DNA of 55,998 bases from an uncultured bacterium (GCA_902775595.1 CACYNF010000004.1:1-55998); one strand, 5' to 3'; numbered from the stretch's first letter, positions 1 through 9,465 are shown. Numbers and translations: made by a program. The notes: generated by a model not told the origin, from the letters alone.

Positions 1-357
1 CGCAGTCGAGTAATACTGCATTCCATCGGCAATGGTGGCACCGTTGGACATTACGAGAATCCAGTTGTAGCTCTGGCCACTGGTGGCAGAACTATAGACA
101 TCGTTTCCCTTTCCTTTGCCACTCAGCACTTTTGCGCCACCATCGCTAATGTTGTATCCCGCAATGGTAGTAGCAACATCAGCGCCACCAGCATCCAATG
201 CGGCAATAGCAGCGTCAAAGTTGGAGTTGAGCACCATATAGACCGTTGCATTTGCGTAGGTCTTTGATCCATCATTATCCATACCCCATGCAGCTGTCGC
301 CGCATGAAGCGAACCCGCAAGCGCAATCGCCGCAAGGCCCATAATTAGTTTCTTCAT
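1..357 (-). CDS. PEP-CTERM-type surface protein of cassette A (3' end runs off window)
   Basis: ATG at 357 after AAGGAAACAAAAAG; MKKLIMGLAAIALAGSLHAATAAW signal peptide; open to base 1; same position as the PEP-CTERM genes of cassettes B-E (sorting motif itself outside window). Confidence 0.8.
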   Translation of the reverse strand, partial: MKKLIMGLAAIALAGSLHAATAAWGMDNDGSKTYANATVYMVLNSNFDAAIAALDAGGADVATTIAGYNISDGGAKVLSGKGKGNDVYSSATSGQSYNWILVMSNGATIADGMQYYSTA

Positions 358-450
358 CTTTTTGTTTCCTTTTCTTGGAGGCATGAGGTTCATCCCAATG
401 CCTCCTTGTTATTTGTTTTCCCAGGCGACACCATGCCGCCCATGAAATTG

Positions 451-1212
451 TTACGGATTGAACGTGAACGTCTCCGAGTCGGTCGCAAGGCAGTTGTCAG
501 GGATGACAATCCAAAAAGCCTTTCCAGCAGGAATGTCATCAGCAGCCTGTGCATATTCACCATCGCGCCACCAACCAGCGGCAAGTCCCTCGTCAGTATC
601 CTCGCAGTAGTAGAACTTCTTCTGATATGCTGCTGCAATATCACTCGTCTTAATCCAAATCTGCGGGCAGTCATCGAGGTCGCAGTCGGCGTAGTCAAGG
701 AGCGGCACACCGTCCGAGACCTGAATCTTGGACATATTGAGAGCGTTCGGGAACGGATTGGCTGCGATGATATATCCACCATTGCAAACGGGAACGGTAA
801 TCCCGCTCGTCATGTCGGCGACCTGCCCGTTGAACGAGATGGAGTAGGACGCCTTGTCGTAGATCGATGCATCGTCAGGAATGACAAGCCAGAAGCCGCG
901 GCCAAGGGCAACCATATCTGCGACGGTCGGCGCATATTCGCCATCCCGCCACCAGCCAGCATCAAGGCCCTCATCTGTATCCTCGCAATAATAGAACTTC
1001 TTTTGGTACGCTGCCGCCGTGTCACTGGTCTTAAGCCAGATCTGCGGGCAGTCATCAAGGTCGCAGTCAGCGTAGTCGAGGAGCGGAAGATCGGTGGTGA
1101 TCTGAGTGCCGAGGTTCGCGGCGTCGGCATCAGAACCGCATTCGTTGAACTGAATCGCCAACATGTTGTACGATCCAGGGACAACATCCCTCTGGACATA
1201 TCCGACAGCGTT
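451..1212 (-). CDS. Cassette A start-less variable 'NAVGY' protein fragment (253 aa, internally duplicated acidic domain)
   Basis: Frame reads NAVGYVQRDVVPGSYNMLAIQF...TFTFNP*; two near-identical halves (PLLDYADCDLDDCPQIWxKTSD...GWWRDGEYA); upstream in-frame sequence has no signal peptide and overlaps the recombination arm. Confidence 0.8.
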   Translation of the reverse strand, partial: NAVGYVQRDVVPGSYNMLAIQFNECGSDADAANLGTQITTDLPLLDYADCDLDDCPQIWLKTSDTAAAYQKKFYYCEDTDEGLDAGWWRDGEYAPTVADMVALGRGFWLVIPDDASIYDKASYSISFNGQVADMTSGITVPVCNGGYIIAANPFPNALNMSKIQVSDGVPLLDYADCDLDDCPQIWIKTSDIAAAYQKKFYYCEDTDEGLAAGWWRDGEYAQAADDIPAGKAFWIVIPDNCLATDSETFTFNP

Positions 1213-1318
1213 CGCAAATGGGCGGGAGACTGAATTATAGGCATCTTGTGATTTGAAGGGGGGCAGAGATGGTGCAGTAAAGTGCAGTGCGAGAAGGGGA
1301 GAATCGGGTAGATTATCG
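1198..1318 (-). repeat. Putative recombination site A: core CGAACGCTGTCGGATAT (1198-1214) plus arm with GGCAG/GTGCAG/GTGCAG direct repeats
   Basis: 13-bp core identical to 9148-9160, 9449-9461 and 17032-17044; arm closely matches the arm at 17045-17150 (ggcagagatggtgcagtaaagtRcagtgcRRgaaggggagaatMgggtaga). Confidence 0.85.
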
Positions 1319-1366
1319 GTGATGAGAAGGGGAGTATTTTCGCTTGGCAGTGGTGGCGACCTTAGA

Positions 1367-1468
1367 GTTCCCGCGTGGCTGAGGGGGCTCGACAAGTAGC
1401 ACGCCCAGGGGCCGATCACGCAAGATGAACACGTCGTCCAGCGGGCGAGGATTCTTGCCGAGCTGTAG
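1367..1468 (+). pseudogene. Remnant of the 3' end of a tyrosine recombinase paralog (SHOCT-like tail)
   Basis: 1379-1468 translates LRGLDK*HAQGPITQDEHVVQRARILAEL*, aligning without gaps to the integrase C-terminus LRQLEKLKRKSLISEEEYASTRSRILAEI* (12/29 identical); internal stop; same position and orientation relative to the arm as the intact gene. Confidence 0.7.
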
Positions 1469-1520
1469 GGGCTCATGGACATTTCGCCATTTGGTGCTAT
1501 TATTTGGTTGGCGGCTAAAA

Positions 1521-1805
1521 CATACCGCTTTATACTGCACAATCCGCTCGTTATACTGGTTTATACTGGCCTAAAATAGCGGTAAGAGAGTTCCGCGTAG
1601 ACCCATTAGCGGCAAGGTTTTCGGAGCCCCCAAAAACCGCGCAAGCCCCTTAAACCAATCGACAACTTTTCGATACTCCGCGACAATCCGCGCAATCCTC
1701 GCAAAACCCCAGTAAACACTATGCTTTCCTAAGCCTTCGCCGCGCTCCCCGCCCCACCCCGCGCAAGCCCCCGCAACCCGCCGCAAAACTGGTTTATAGA
1801 GATGT
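1521..1805 (+). repeat. 285-bp direct repeat R285, copy 1 (fused to cassette B at TGT|CGGCTAC)
   Basis: Same length and highly similar to 20550-20834; TATACTG x3 (1531, 1552, 1562), CCGCGCAAGCCCC x2; ends ctggtttatagagatgt. Confidence 0.9.
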
Positions 1806-2142
1806 CGGCTACCAGACCAAGGATGTGAGGCAGTACCTCTCGGTTCAGCTCGCGACATTTGAGGATGTCGCTGCGGAAGGCATGAACATCCAGAGCATCA
1901 AGCCCGTTGCACCAGACGGAGAGGCAATTTCATCTGGCGACTTTGAAATCCAGATTTATGATGCTCTCGGTTCCATTGTAACCTCCTATGCCTATGTTCT
2001 CGGCGAAGATATCGGCGATGAATATGTTGATGGTTGGTACGAGGAAGACTGGGAGACGCTTGTAAATAAAACATTCAATCCCGGCGAGGGCTTCAACGTT
2101 TCTGCTGCTAAGGTAGGATATCTGAAGTTTCCCGCTCTCTAA
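1801..2142 (+). CDS. Cassette B start-less variable 'VGY' protein fragment (113 aa, single domain)
   Basis: Frame reads DVGYQTKDVRQYLSVQLATF...GWYEEDW...FNPGEGF...LKFPAL*; same acidic/aromatic family pattern as the A, C, D and E fragments; no signal peptide. Confidence 0.75.
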   Translation, partial: DVGYQTKDVRQYLSVQLATFEDVAAEGMNIQSIKPVAPDGEAISSGDFEIQIYDALGSIVTSYAYVLGEDIGDEYVDGWYEEDWETLVNKTFNPGEGFNVSAAKVGYLKFPAL

Positions 2143-2224
2143 TGATTTGTGCGCGGCATAGGGTCGCGCGCGAAAACAACCAATGCCCTCTGTCAAAGGA
2201 GGGCAAACAAAAGGAAAACAAAAA

Positions 2225-2776
2225 ATGAAGAAACTAATGATTGCACTTGCAGCGATCGCAATGGCGATTGGTGTGCAGGCTGCGTCTGTTAAGTGGACAG
2301 CAACAAATGTTTATGCTGGCAATTCAACAGACAAGGTCGGGGGCGTAGCCTACTTCCTGACCACCGACATGGCATCAACCGACTCGTGGGCGAACCTGAA
2401 AACCGCCTCGGAATTTCAGACTGCACTCGCTGGCAAGTATAGTTGGACACCAAGCACAGCAGGCACATACAGCATCACCTCTGCTGGAGCTGTGCCCAAT
2501 GCGACTTTGGGGCTCGAAGATGGTACTGCGTATACAGCGTATCTACTCATCTTTGACACTGCGACAATAACGGATGAGTCGAAGTACTATATTACCAATA
2601 CAAAAGAGTTTTCGACATACAACGGTACTTCAACCGCTTCTATTGCGTTTGGAACTCAGGCAAATGCTTCTCAGGCTGCTGGTGGCTGGGCGACGGTTGC
2701 CGTTCCTGAACCGACGAGCGGCTTGCTGATGCTCCTCGGCATGGCGGGGCTTGCGCTCCGTCGTCGTCGCGCCTAA
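2225..2776 (+). CDS. PEP-CTERM surface protein (cassette B)
   Basis: MKKLMIALAAIAMAIGVQA signal; C-terminal VPEPTSGLLMLLGMAGLALRRRRA; AAGGA RBS. Confidence 0.95.
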   Translation: MKKLMIALAAIAMAIGVQAASVKWTATNVYAGNSTDKVGGVAYFLTTDMASTDSWANLKTASEFQTALAGKYSWTPSTAGTYSITSAGAVPNATLGLEDGTAYTAYLLIFDTATITDESKYYITNTKEFSTYNGTSTASIAFGTQANASQAAGGWATVAVPEPTSGLLMLLGMAGLALRRRRA

Positions 2777-2798
2777 TTCGTTAGTCGCATAGCAATGG

Positions 2799-2830
2799 AA
2801 AGCCCGTCCGTGATTGCACGGGCGGGCTTT
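2799..2830 (+). terminator. Stem-loop after PEP-CTERM gene (terminator/attenuator-like)
   Basis: aaagcccgtccgtg-attg-cacgggcgggcttt; identical copy at 10801-10832. Confidence 0.75.
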
Positions 2831-2865
2831 CTGTTTGACTATGCTAAAGTGGAATGAGATGTTCT

Positions 2866-3702
2866 ATGATCGCGCCTCCGAAAACTGACTCAAATTGCAC
2901 CGACTGCAAGTGCCAGCAGCCCACCATTGGCTTGCTTTGGAAAGGTCTGGCGGTTGTCGTAGTTATTGCGATTGCCAGCGTCGTGTTCTTCTTCTCCCGC
3001 AAAGACAACAACGTTCAACCTGAAATCTCTGACGATGCGCGAACTACCGCCCTCAAGGAAGTGCAGCCAACAAAGTCAAGGGCAAGTTCCCAGGACACTG
3101 CCCTTCCTCGCTCCACTACGAAGGATATTGCTACGGTCGAGAACGAGCAACAGAAAGCCGCGCCGAAGTCAAACTCCCCCTGGGCGAACAAGCCGCCGAG
3201 GGTGATAAAGCATCGAGAATCAGACAAGAAACCTCGCCGATTCGTGTATGATTCGGAAGAGTTGATAGCCAATTTGCTGGAGATTGAACCCGGAACTCTT
3301 ATGTTTGGCGAGTTGCCATACGGCAAGCGGTTCAACGAGGACTTCAAGCAGGCCATAATGCAGAAGGTCAAAATCAACCCCGAAGACGACGAATATACAA
3401 AGGAACTCAAGCGGCAGGTGCAAGCGGTCAAGGATGACTTCAAGCAGATTCTTATAGACGGAGGCGACGTCGGGGAGGAAATGCGCAAGGCCCGCAACGA
3501 GCTGAAGGAACTTGGAATGTTCAAGGAGTCGCTTAGACGCGAGCTGTTTGAGCTCCGCAAGAGCGGAGAGTATTCAAGCGACGACATGAAGGACTTTATA
3601 ACTGCGGCGAACAAGATGCTCGAGGCCAAGGGGCTCCAGCCGCTGAAGGTTCCGCGCGTATTTTTGAGAAATCTCGAACTTAAGGAAGGTAAAACCAAAT
3701 GA
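2866..3702 (+). CDS. Cassette B gene 3: single-TM membrane-anchored hypothetical protein
   Basis: N-terminal TM, low-complexity linker, conserved helical domain (EPG...F...ELK...ANKMLEAKG); paralog of 6850-7818, 10854-11696, 14800-15705. Confidence 0.85.
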   Translation: MIAPPKTDSNCTDCKCQQPTIGLLWKGLAVVVVIAIASVVFFFSRKDNNVQPEISDDARTTALKEVQPTKSRASSQDTALPRSTTKDIATVENEQQKAAPKSNSPWANKPPRVIKHRESDKKPRRFVYDSEELIANLLEIEPGTLMFGELPYGKRFNEDFKQAIMQKVKINPEDDEYTKELKRQVQAVKDDFKQILIDGGDVGEEMRKARNELKELGMFKESLRRELFELRKSGEYSSDDMKDFITAANKMLEAKGLQPLKVPRVFLRNLELKEGKTK

Positions 3703-4520
3703 AGAGCATATTTACAGTATTCTGCCTTGCGGCCTGCGCGTCGTATGTCGCAATAGCAGCCCCAGCCAAGCTTACCCCAGAGCAGATAAAGGCAAAGCAG
3801 GAGGCCTTTGCGAAGCTTTCCCCCGAAGAGCGTCAGAAGGCGATAGAGGAAGGCCGGGCGCACTTCCTCGAACGCACGGGCGGCTACGTCAGGAACACGG
3901 CGGGGCAGAAAGGCCGTGTGCTGATCGCTAACGCTCAGAAGTCGGTCCCGCTTGACGGGGTCCGCAAGTCCGTGACGAAGCTTGCCGAGCAGATGAAGAT
4001 TGCCATAGACATCGAGGCCATCGACGGTGCCGACACGGGAAATGCGGCGGCTTTCCTGAAGGACAGGAAGGCAAACGCGGTGGTCTACATTGTCGAAACT
4101 GGAAAGTCGCCACTGCTCGTCTCCCCAGACGAGTGCTGGGCAACCGTAAGCGTGTCAGCCCTTGGCGACGCCAACGCTACGTCCCGCCTCGAAAAGGAGA
4201 CCATGCGGGCGCTGACGTTCCTCTGCGGAGGCACGGCGAGCGGATACCCCAATCCGATGACATATCCCGTCACGGACGTCCGCCAGCTTGACCTGATCGA
4301 CGCACCCGACCTGCCAATCGACGTGATCCAGCGCATGCTTATGTACCTCGAAAAGCTCGGGGTGACGCCGTACAAGCAGGCCACGTACCGCACCGCCTGC
4401 AAGCAGGGCTGGGCACCAGCGCCGACGAACGACGTCCAGAAGGCAATATGGAACAAGGTCCACGAGATGCCCTCCGAGCCGATCAAGATCAAGCCCGAGA
4501 CCAGGAAGGTCAGCGAATAA
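3699..4520 (+). CDS. Cassette B gene 4: secreted hypothetical protein with conserved GWAPAPTNDVQKAIW tail
   Basis: Signal peptide; RTGG, L.SP...WA.V.V, KE..RA...L.G motifs shared with 6083-6853, 11717-12499, 14031-14798. Confidence 0.85.
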   Translation: MKSIFTVFCLAACASYVAIAAPAKLTPEQIKAKQEAFAKLSPEERQKAIEEGRAHFLERTGGYVRNTAGQKGRVLIANAQKSVPLDGVRKSVTKLAEQMKIAIDIEAIDGADTGNAAAFLKDRKANAVVYIVETGKSPLLVSPDECWATVSVSALGDANATSRLEKETMRALTFLCGGTASGYPNPMTYPVTDVRQLDLIDAPDLPIDVIQRMLMYLEKLGVTPYKQATYRTACKQGWAPAPTNDVQKAIWNKVHEMPSEPIKIKPETRKVSE

Positions 4521-4547
4521 CGGCTGTCGATCCGTCTTTGCCGAGCT

Positions 4548-5324
4548 GTGAAATACACATACGCATACAAGACGAGCGACGGTGTCCGGCACGAGGATTC
4601 GCTCGATGCCAACAGCCGTGACGAGGTCTTTGAGGTTCTTCGCGGGCACGGCATTAGGCCCATCAAAGTTGTCGCGGCGGACGGCTCTAAGGCGAACGGA
4701 GAGGTTCGCGGTCTCCGCAAACGCGCCGTGTTCGCCCTTGTTGCCCTCGCTGCAGCAGTCGCTGGTGTCGTCGCCTACTTCGGCGGGGAGCGCTCAGGCG
4801 CGGCCACAGCCGCCAATTACGCGATGTCCGCGCCTCGGCACCAGATTTACGGCGATCCGGCAACCGTCGAGGGGTTGGAGCGAGGCGACTTCGCGGCTCA
4901 TTTGCCGCGAGTCGGCGATCAGATGCTTGCGGTTTTTGCGCAACCTGGCAAGTTGATGTGCGCCAAGGGTGCGAATCCGAGGCGCATTGACGAAAAGAGC
5001 TACGGGGCTTTCGAAGCATACGCTAAGAACGACCTTGCCGTGGAGAATGACATAGCCATCAATTCAGCAGACTCACGTGAAATCACGGAACTGAAGCAGA
5101 TCGTGAACGGGATGCGCGAGGAAATGCGCGAGTACCTCGCCAATGGCAATGGAACGCCGCGTTCCTTCTGGCGACGGCTCAACGAGCGAACCGAGCAGGA
5201 GATTCAGATCTACGAGCGCACCCGCCGCGAACTGGAGAAAGAGACTTCCGAAGAGGTCTGGGAGCAGAAGAACGATGCCTTGCGGCGGTTGGGTCTGCGC
5301 ACAATTCCCAACCCCGGCGAGTAG
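4548..5324 (+). CDS. Cassette B gene 5: GspF/PilC-N-terminal-like domain + TM + helical domain
   Basis: MKYTYAYKTSDGVRHEDSLDANSRDEVFEVLRGHGIRPIKV resembles the PilC/GspF N-terminus; near-identical to 12496-13272. Confidence 0.8.
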   Translation: MKYTYAYKTSDGVRHEDSLDANSRDEVFEVLRGHGIRPIKVVAADGSKANGEVRGLRKRAVFALVALAAAVAGVVAYFGGERSGAATAANYAMSAPRHQIYGDPATVEGLERGDFAAHLPRVGDQMLAVFAQPGKLMCAKGANPRRIDEKSYGAFEAYAKNDLAVENDIAINSADSREITELKQIVNGMREEMREYLANGNGTPRSFWRRLNERTEQEIQIYERTRRELEKETSEEVWEQKNDALRRLGLRTIPNPGE

Positions 5325-5327
5325 TCG

Positions 5328-6086
5328 CTACTCCAGCGATTCAAGGGTTAGCGGGCGGATGCCGAGGTTGCGAAGTTTGTCGTTCTGCGACTCCCAGTAG
5401 TTGATGAGAGCATTTCCGCTCATTGTCTCTTTGGCTCGCTCCAGATTTGCCTTTGTGCGCTCGTATGCGGCGATCTCGGCGTCTTGCCGCTCTGTCAGCC
5501 GCCTGCCATAACTAACGACACTACCACCAGCGGCGACGTAGGCACGCGCCTCATTCTTCATGCCCTCGACCATCGCCTTGATCTGCCGCGCCTCAAGTCC
5601 ATCTTCGGTTGCGACGGGAACACTGCGGCCAAGCGAGGACTCGATCTCCTCGACGGTCGTGTTTCTCTGCGCCGCCTTAACACCCGGCACTGCGAAGGAG
5701 GCGAGGAAGCGGTCTCCTTCGTGTTCAAACACATCGCTCCAGCCGGTCAGAATGCCTTTCTCGATAATGGCCGCGTCGCCTATTGGATAGCGGCGCGTCT
5801 GGTCTGACTGAAATGCATCCACCACCAGCGTCGGGCGGACAATGCGCAGAAAGGCCGCTGTCGCGCCCACTGCGGCAACGAACGCCACGAGGATGGACAC
5901 AGCTACAACTCGCCGACGGACACCCACGGGCGCGCCGTTGGCCTTGCTGCCGTCTGCGGCGACTACCTTGATTGGGCGGATGCCCCGCTCGCGCAACACT
6001 GCAAATGCGGCGTCGCGGCTCGCGGCTTCTATCGACGCCTCGTGCCGTGTTCCGTCCGACGTCTTGTAGGCGTAGGTGTATTTCAT
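5328..6086 (-). CDS. Cassette C gene 5: GspF/PilC-N-like + TM protein
   Basis: MKYTYAYKTSDGTRHEASIEAASRD...; near-identical to 13276-14034. Confidence 0.8.
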   Translation of the reverse strand: MKYTYAYKTSDGTRHEASIEAASRDAAFAVLRERGIRPIKVVAADGSKANGAPVGVRRRVVAVSILVAFVAAVGATAAFLRIVRPTLVVDAFQSDQTRRYPIGDAAIIEKGILTGWSDVFEHEGDRFLASFAVPGVKAAQRNTTVEEIESSLGRSVPVATEDGLEARQIKAMVEGMKNEARAYVAAGGSVVSYGRRLTERQDAEIAAYERTKANLERAKETMSGNALINYWESQNDKLRNLGIRPLTLESLE

Positions 6087-6853
6087 CGACCCTTCTTCGG
6101 ATCGAATTCAATCTTCATGGGTGTAGCGGGCACGGCGTGAACCTTGTCCCAGATCGCCTTCTGCACATCGTTCGTCGGCGCGGGTGCCCAGCCCTCCTGG
6201 CAGGCCTTCTTGTAGGTGGTCATTATGGCGGGACGCACATCTAGAGTTTCCATATACCCCTTGAACCTCTGTATCACGTCCACTGGCAAGCTCAAATCAG
6301 GATTCTTATCAAGGTCTGCGTGGTTGACGATGCCGCGAGTTAAGGCGCGTGGATACTGCGAGTTCGCCGCTCCGCAGAGATATGCAAACCCCCGAGACAA
6401 CTCCTTCTTGACGCGCGCCTCAAAGAATGCCGGACGCTCTTCCTTGGCTATTGGCGCAACGTTCACGAACGCCCAGCGGTTCTCGGGAGCCACAAGTATT
6501 GCAGGTAATGAGGCATCGTCAATGATGAAGAGCGTTGCATTGCCCTCAATCTTGGGATTCTTAAGGTCAAACGATGTTCCGCTCTTAAGCGAAATCTTGA
6601 ACCGTGTCTCTTTCGCGAAGTACGCGACAGATTCCTCGATCCATGCCTTTGGAATGCGGGTCTGGCAATCTGCGTACACAATTTCACCCTGTTGTGTGCC
6701 GGGCTTTACAATGCGCCCGCCTGTACGCTTGTCAACCTCTGCCTGATGCTCCGCTCTGCGAATAGCGAGTTCTTCAGGAGTGACGACTTCTTTAGCGTAT
6801 GACGTCGCTGCAAATACCACGACAGCGGACGCAAGAATTAGCATGTTCTTCAT
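6083..6853 (-). CDS. Cassette C gene 4: secreted hypothetical protein
   Basis: Signal peptide; GWAPAPTNDVQKAIWDKVHAVP tail; 4-bp overlaps with both neighbours. Confidence 0.85.
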   Translation of the reverse strand: MKNMLILASAVVVFAATSYAKEVVTPEELAIRRAEHQAEVDKRTGGRIVKPGTQQGEIVYADCQTRIPKAWIEESVAYFAKETRFKISLKSGTSFDLKNPKIEGNATLFIIDDASLPAILVAPENRWAFVNVAPIAKEERPAFFEARVKKELSRGFAYLCGAANSQYPRALTRGIVNHADLDKNPDLSLPVDVIQRFKGYMETLDVRPAIMTTYKKACQEGWAPAPTNDVQKAIWDKVHAVPATPMKIEFDPKKGR

Positions 6854-7818
6854 TGTTTGTTCTCCAGTTCTGTCATTAGTTTTCTACGGGTTATCGGGCC
6901 AAACTTCATTGGCGCTATTCCTTTGGATTCAAGCATCTTGTTGCAGGCTTCAAGCAGGGTTTCTACATCCTTTTCGGTAGTGCCTTCTGCACGGCGGAGT
7001 TCATTGAACTGCTTTCGCAGTTCCATTTTGTATCGCGCCAGGTCTTGAAGTTCCTGCCGTGTGTCGAGCATAATCTGCTCAATGTCCTCGCCCCTGTCGA
7101 GAGCGTCCTTTAGTTGTAGCTTCGCGGCAATGACGTCGCGCTTGAGCTGCGCCTGTTCAGGTGTGTCGTCCTCGGTCACGATTATTGGCGTTTTCAGAGA
7201 TTCGAGAAACTTCTCCTTGAACCGCCCAGTATAGCGTGCCGGTCCGACAAGAGCATCGCCAGGCTTTATAGAGAGATAGCAAGCTATCTCGTTGTCGCAG
7301 GCATGGTCAAAGATGTGGTAAGCACCTTTAGCTCGCGAGGCGACCGAGTTGGTAATCACGCCTTGACGTCTGTGCAGACGCCCTGAAGGTAGAAGGACAT
7401 ATCCATTGACAACCTCGCCGACCTTTGTAGGCCGGGCATTTGGATCGGGTTTCGGCGGCTCAACTTTTTCTTCGACAGGCTTGGGCCGTGAAATCGCAGG
7501 TCTAACCTCAACGATTTTTGAAGGCTTTTTAGGAGCGCTAACTGTTTTAGGATTCGGACTCTCCGTTCTTGTGGCGAGCAAGTACCACGCAGTAAAAGCA
7601 AGGCCGACAACAGCCGCCCCAGCCACAATGCCTCTAACAATCTTGGGTGACTGGCAATGTGCTCTTGCTCGAGGACGCTCGCGTGCACCTTCTTCAATTT
7701 TGATGGCTGATATGCCTTTGTCCGCAAGAACCTTGAATAGTGCTCCGCGGCTTTCGGCCTCGAACACATCGACTGTCGGACTGCCGTTCTTGGCTCTGTA
7801 TGTTATGCTCCAGTTCAT
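6850..7818 (-). CDS. Cassette C gene 3: membrane-anchored protein, here with an extra PilC/GspF-N-like N-terminus
   Basis: MNWSITYRAKNGSPTVDVFEAESRGALFKVLADKGISAIKI; TM; TPIIVTEDDTPEQAQLKR domain shared with 10854-11696. Confidence 0.85.
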   Translation of the reverse strand: MNWSITYRAKNGSPTVDVFEAESRGALFKVLADKGISAIKIEEGARERPRARAHCQSPKIVRGIVAGAAVVGLAFTAWYLLATRTESPNPKTVSAPKKPSKIVEVRPAISRPKPVEEKVEPPKPDPNARPTKVGEVVNGYVLLPSGRLHRRQGVITNSVASRAKGAYHIFDHACDNEIACYLSIKPGDALVGPARYTGRFKEKFLESLKTPIIVTEDDTPEQAQLKRDVIAAKLQLKDALDRGEDIEQIMLDTRQELQDLARYKMELRKQFNELRRAEGTTEKDVETLLEACNKMLESKGIAPMKFGPITRRKLMTELENKQ

Positions 7819-7835
7819 CGTGCCTCTAAAGATTG

Positions 7836-7866
7836 AAAGCCCGCCCGCGCATCGCGGACGGGCTCT
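7836..7866 (-). terminator. Stem-loop after PEP-CTERM gene (cassette C)
   Basis: gcccgcccgcg-cat-cgcggacgggc followed by TTT on the minus strand. Confidence 0.7.
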
Positions 7867-7888
7867 CGCTTGTTATGCGTCTAATGAA

Positions 7889-8443
7889 TTAGGCGCGACG
7901 GCGACGGAGCGCGAGACCCGCCATGCCGAGAAGCATGAGCAGACCCGACGTCGGCTCCGGAACGGCCGACCACTTACCAGCGCCCTGGAAGCCAGTGCCT
8001 GCGGGAAGAGCAGACGATCCAGACTGCGCTCCGAATCCGACGTTCTTAGCGGTTGCTGTAGCGTTTGCCGTTACAGACTTTTCGTTCGAGAAGTACGCCT
8101 TGTCGCCATCAACAACGACGAAGTAGTACTTATAAGAACCACCTCCCTGCTCACCATTTTCAAAAGAGAGCCCAGAGAAGACACCCTCATTGAACGACGC
8201 GGTAGCAACATAGCCAGCGGTTGATGTTCCAATGGTCGTGTTGGCCTCTATGAGTGCGAAAAGCGCCGCCTGAGAGGTAACACCAGCATCAAACAGATAT
8301 CCCGTTCCCGTAAACAGAGCGGAATCGGCTGTTGAGCCGGAACCATTATACATGGAGTTCGCACTCGCTTTCCAGTTAGCCGCAGCCGCGTGAGCAAATA
8401 CAGCCGCACAAACGACCGCTGCAGCAATTATCAGTTTCTTCAT
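7889..8443 (-). CDS. PEP-CTERM surface protein (cassette C)
   Basis: MKKLIIAAAVVCAAVFAHA signal; VPEPTSGLLMLLGMAGLALRRRRA. Confidence 0.95.
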   Translation of the reverse strand: MKKLIIAAAVVCAAVFAHAAAANWKASANSMYNGSGSTADSALFTGTGYLFDAGVTSQAALFALIEANTTIGTSTAGYVATASFNEGVFSGLSFENGEQGGGSYKYYFVVVDGDKAYFSNEKSVTANATATAKNVGFGAQSGSSALPAGTGFQGAGKWSAVPEPTSGLLMLLGMAGLALRRRRA

Positions 8444-8501
8444 TTTTGTTTTCCTTTTGTTTTACATACCGCCAAACACCATGCTTGGCAGTTGCAAATT
8501 G

Positions 8502-9158
8502 TTAGTCGTTCAACTCAACGCCCGGAAATGTAATGGTGTTTCCAGCCTCGTCACTCTGGACCCAGAACGCCTGACCAGGAGCAAAGGTAACGTTTTCAGC
8601 GGGTTTTCCAGTGCTCTCATCAAGCCAGCACATCTTGCCCTTGACCATCGTCCAGTCATAGGTGTCAACCGTGTATCCTAGTTCATCAAGCGTGTTAAGA
8701 AAGACAAGGTCAACGGCTTCCTCGTTGCAAACTATGTCTTGAATATCAACGGCCACAGGGAAGCAGTTTCCGCACATCACAGAACCGCCTTCATCATCAA
8801 GATCAACTGTGACATCCTCGGTTCCAACTTGGCCAGAAGATTGGAACACGTTATTGGGCTCGTCGCTCTGCACCCAAAAAGCGGTACCCGGCTTAAACGT
8901 AATGTTCTCGGCGGGTTTGCCAGTGCTTTCGTCGAGCCAGCACATCTTGCCCTTGACAACGGTCCAGTCATATGTATCAACAGTATAGCCAAGGTTGTCC
9001 AGTGTGTTCAAGAACACAAGGTCAACCGCGTCCTCATTGCACTGGATGGTCTGAAGGTCAACAGCGCCGCCCTCAGTGCCGATTCCAAGGAACTGCGGCG
9101 TAACAATCACCGAGCCTCCATTGTTGTCGAGCTCGCTCTGCGCATACCCGACAGCGTT
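8502..9158 (-). CDS. Cassette C start-less variable 'NAVGY' protein fragment (218 aa, duplicated domain)
   Basis: NAVGYAQSELDNNGGSVIVTPQF...; in-frame TAG just upstream of the core; halves share AVDLVFLNTLDxLGYTVDTYDWTxVKGKMCWLDESTGKPAEN. Confidence 0.85.
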   Translation of the reverse strand, partial: NAVGYAQSELDNNGGSVIVTPQFLGIGTEGGAVDLQTIQCNEDAVDLVFLNTLDNLGYTVDTYDWTVVKGKMCWLDESTGKPAENITFKPGTAFWVQSDEPNNVFQSSGQVGTEDVTVDLDDEGGSVMCGNCFPVAVDIQDIVCNEEAVDLVFLNTLDELGYTVDTYDWTMVKGKMCWLDESTGKPAENVTFAPGQAFWVQSDEAGNTITFPGVELND

Positions 9159-9230
9159 CGTTAGCGTTGATATCTATGAAATACAAGCAGGTGGCAATTT
9201 AACGGTACAGTATCGGTGCAGAAAAGTGCA
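9144..9230 (-). repeat. Putative recombination site C (core 9144-9160 + GTACAG/GTGCAG/GTGCAT arm)
   Basis: atacccgacagcgttcg; tgaaatacaagca shared with site E; GGTGCAG begins 55 bp from the core. Confidence 0.85.
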
Positions 9231-9376
9231 TCGTTTTCGAGCAGAAAACGACTCCATACAATCCCTTGGACTCGGTATGATTCAACGCCCGAGTGTGCCA
9301 TTAAAGCAGTGTATCTTCACTTGGGTAAATGACCTTCAAAACTGCCTGGAACGGGCTCAGCAAGGGGCGTTTTTCC

Positions 9377-9465
9377 CTTCACTTTTCTGCACCTTAACTG
9401 CACTGTTCCATTAGGCTGGCACTTGCATTTAAAGGCTCACGCCATCTGCGAACGCTGTCGGGTAT
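9377..9465 (+). repeat. Putative recombination site D (core 9449-9465 + arm upstream), back-to-back with site C
   Basis: cgaacgctgtcgggtat; reverse strand reads gtgcagttaaggtgcagaaaagtg, with GGTGCAG 56 bp from the core. Confidence 0.85.

Larger units (their letters stand above)
4548..6160 (+). repeat. ~1.6-kb direct repeat (convergent gene-5 pair plus gene-4 tail), copy 1
   Basis: Matches 12496-14108 at a constant offset of 7948 at both ends. Confidence 0.9.

Noticed and set aside
1213-1542. N-terminal extension of ORF 451..1542 as the expressed, full-length VGY gene
   Set aside because: No signal peptide; it runs through the recombination arm, the antisense integrase remnant and R285, so it is most likely a chance open frame.
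1571-1858. Small ORFs within R285 (also 20600..20937)
   Set aside because: Similarity between them reflects the DNA repeat; no RBS or recognisable domain, and the starts differ.
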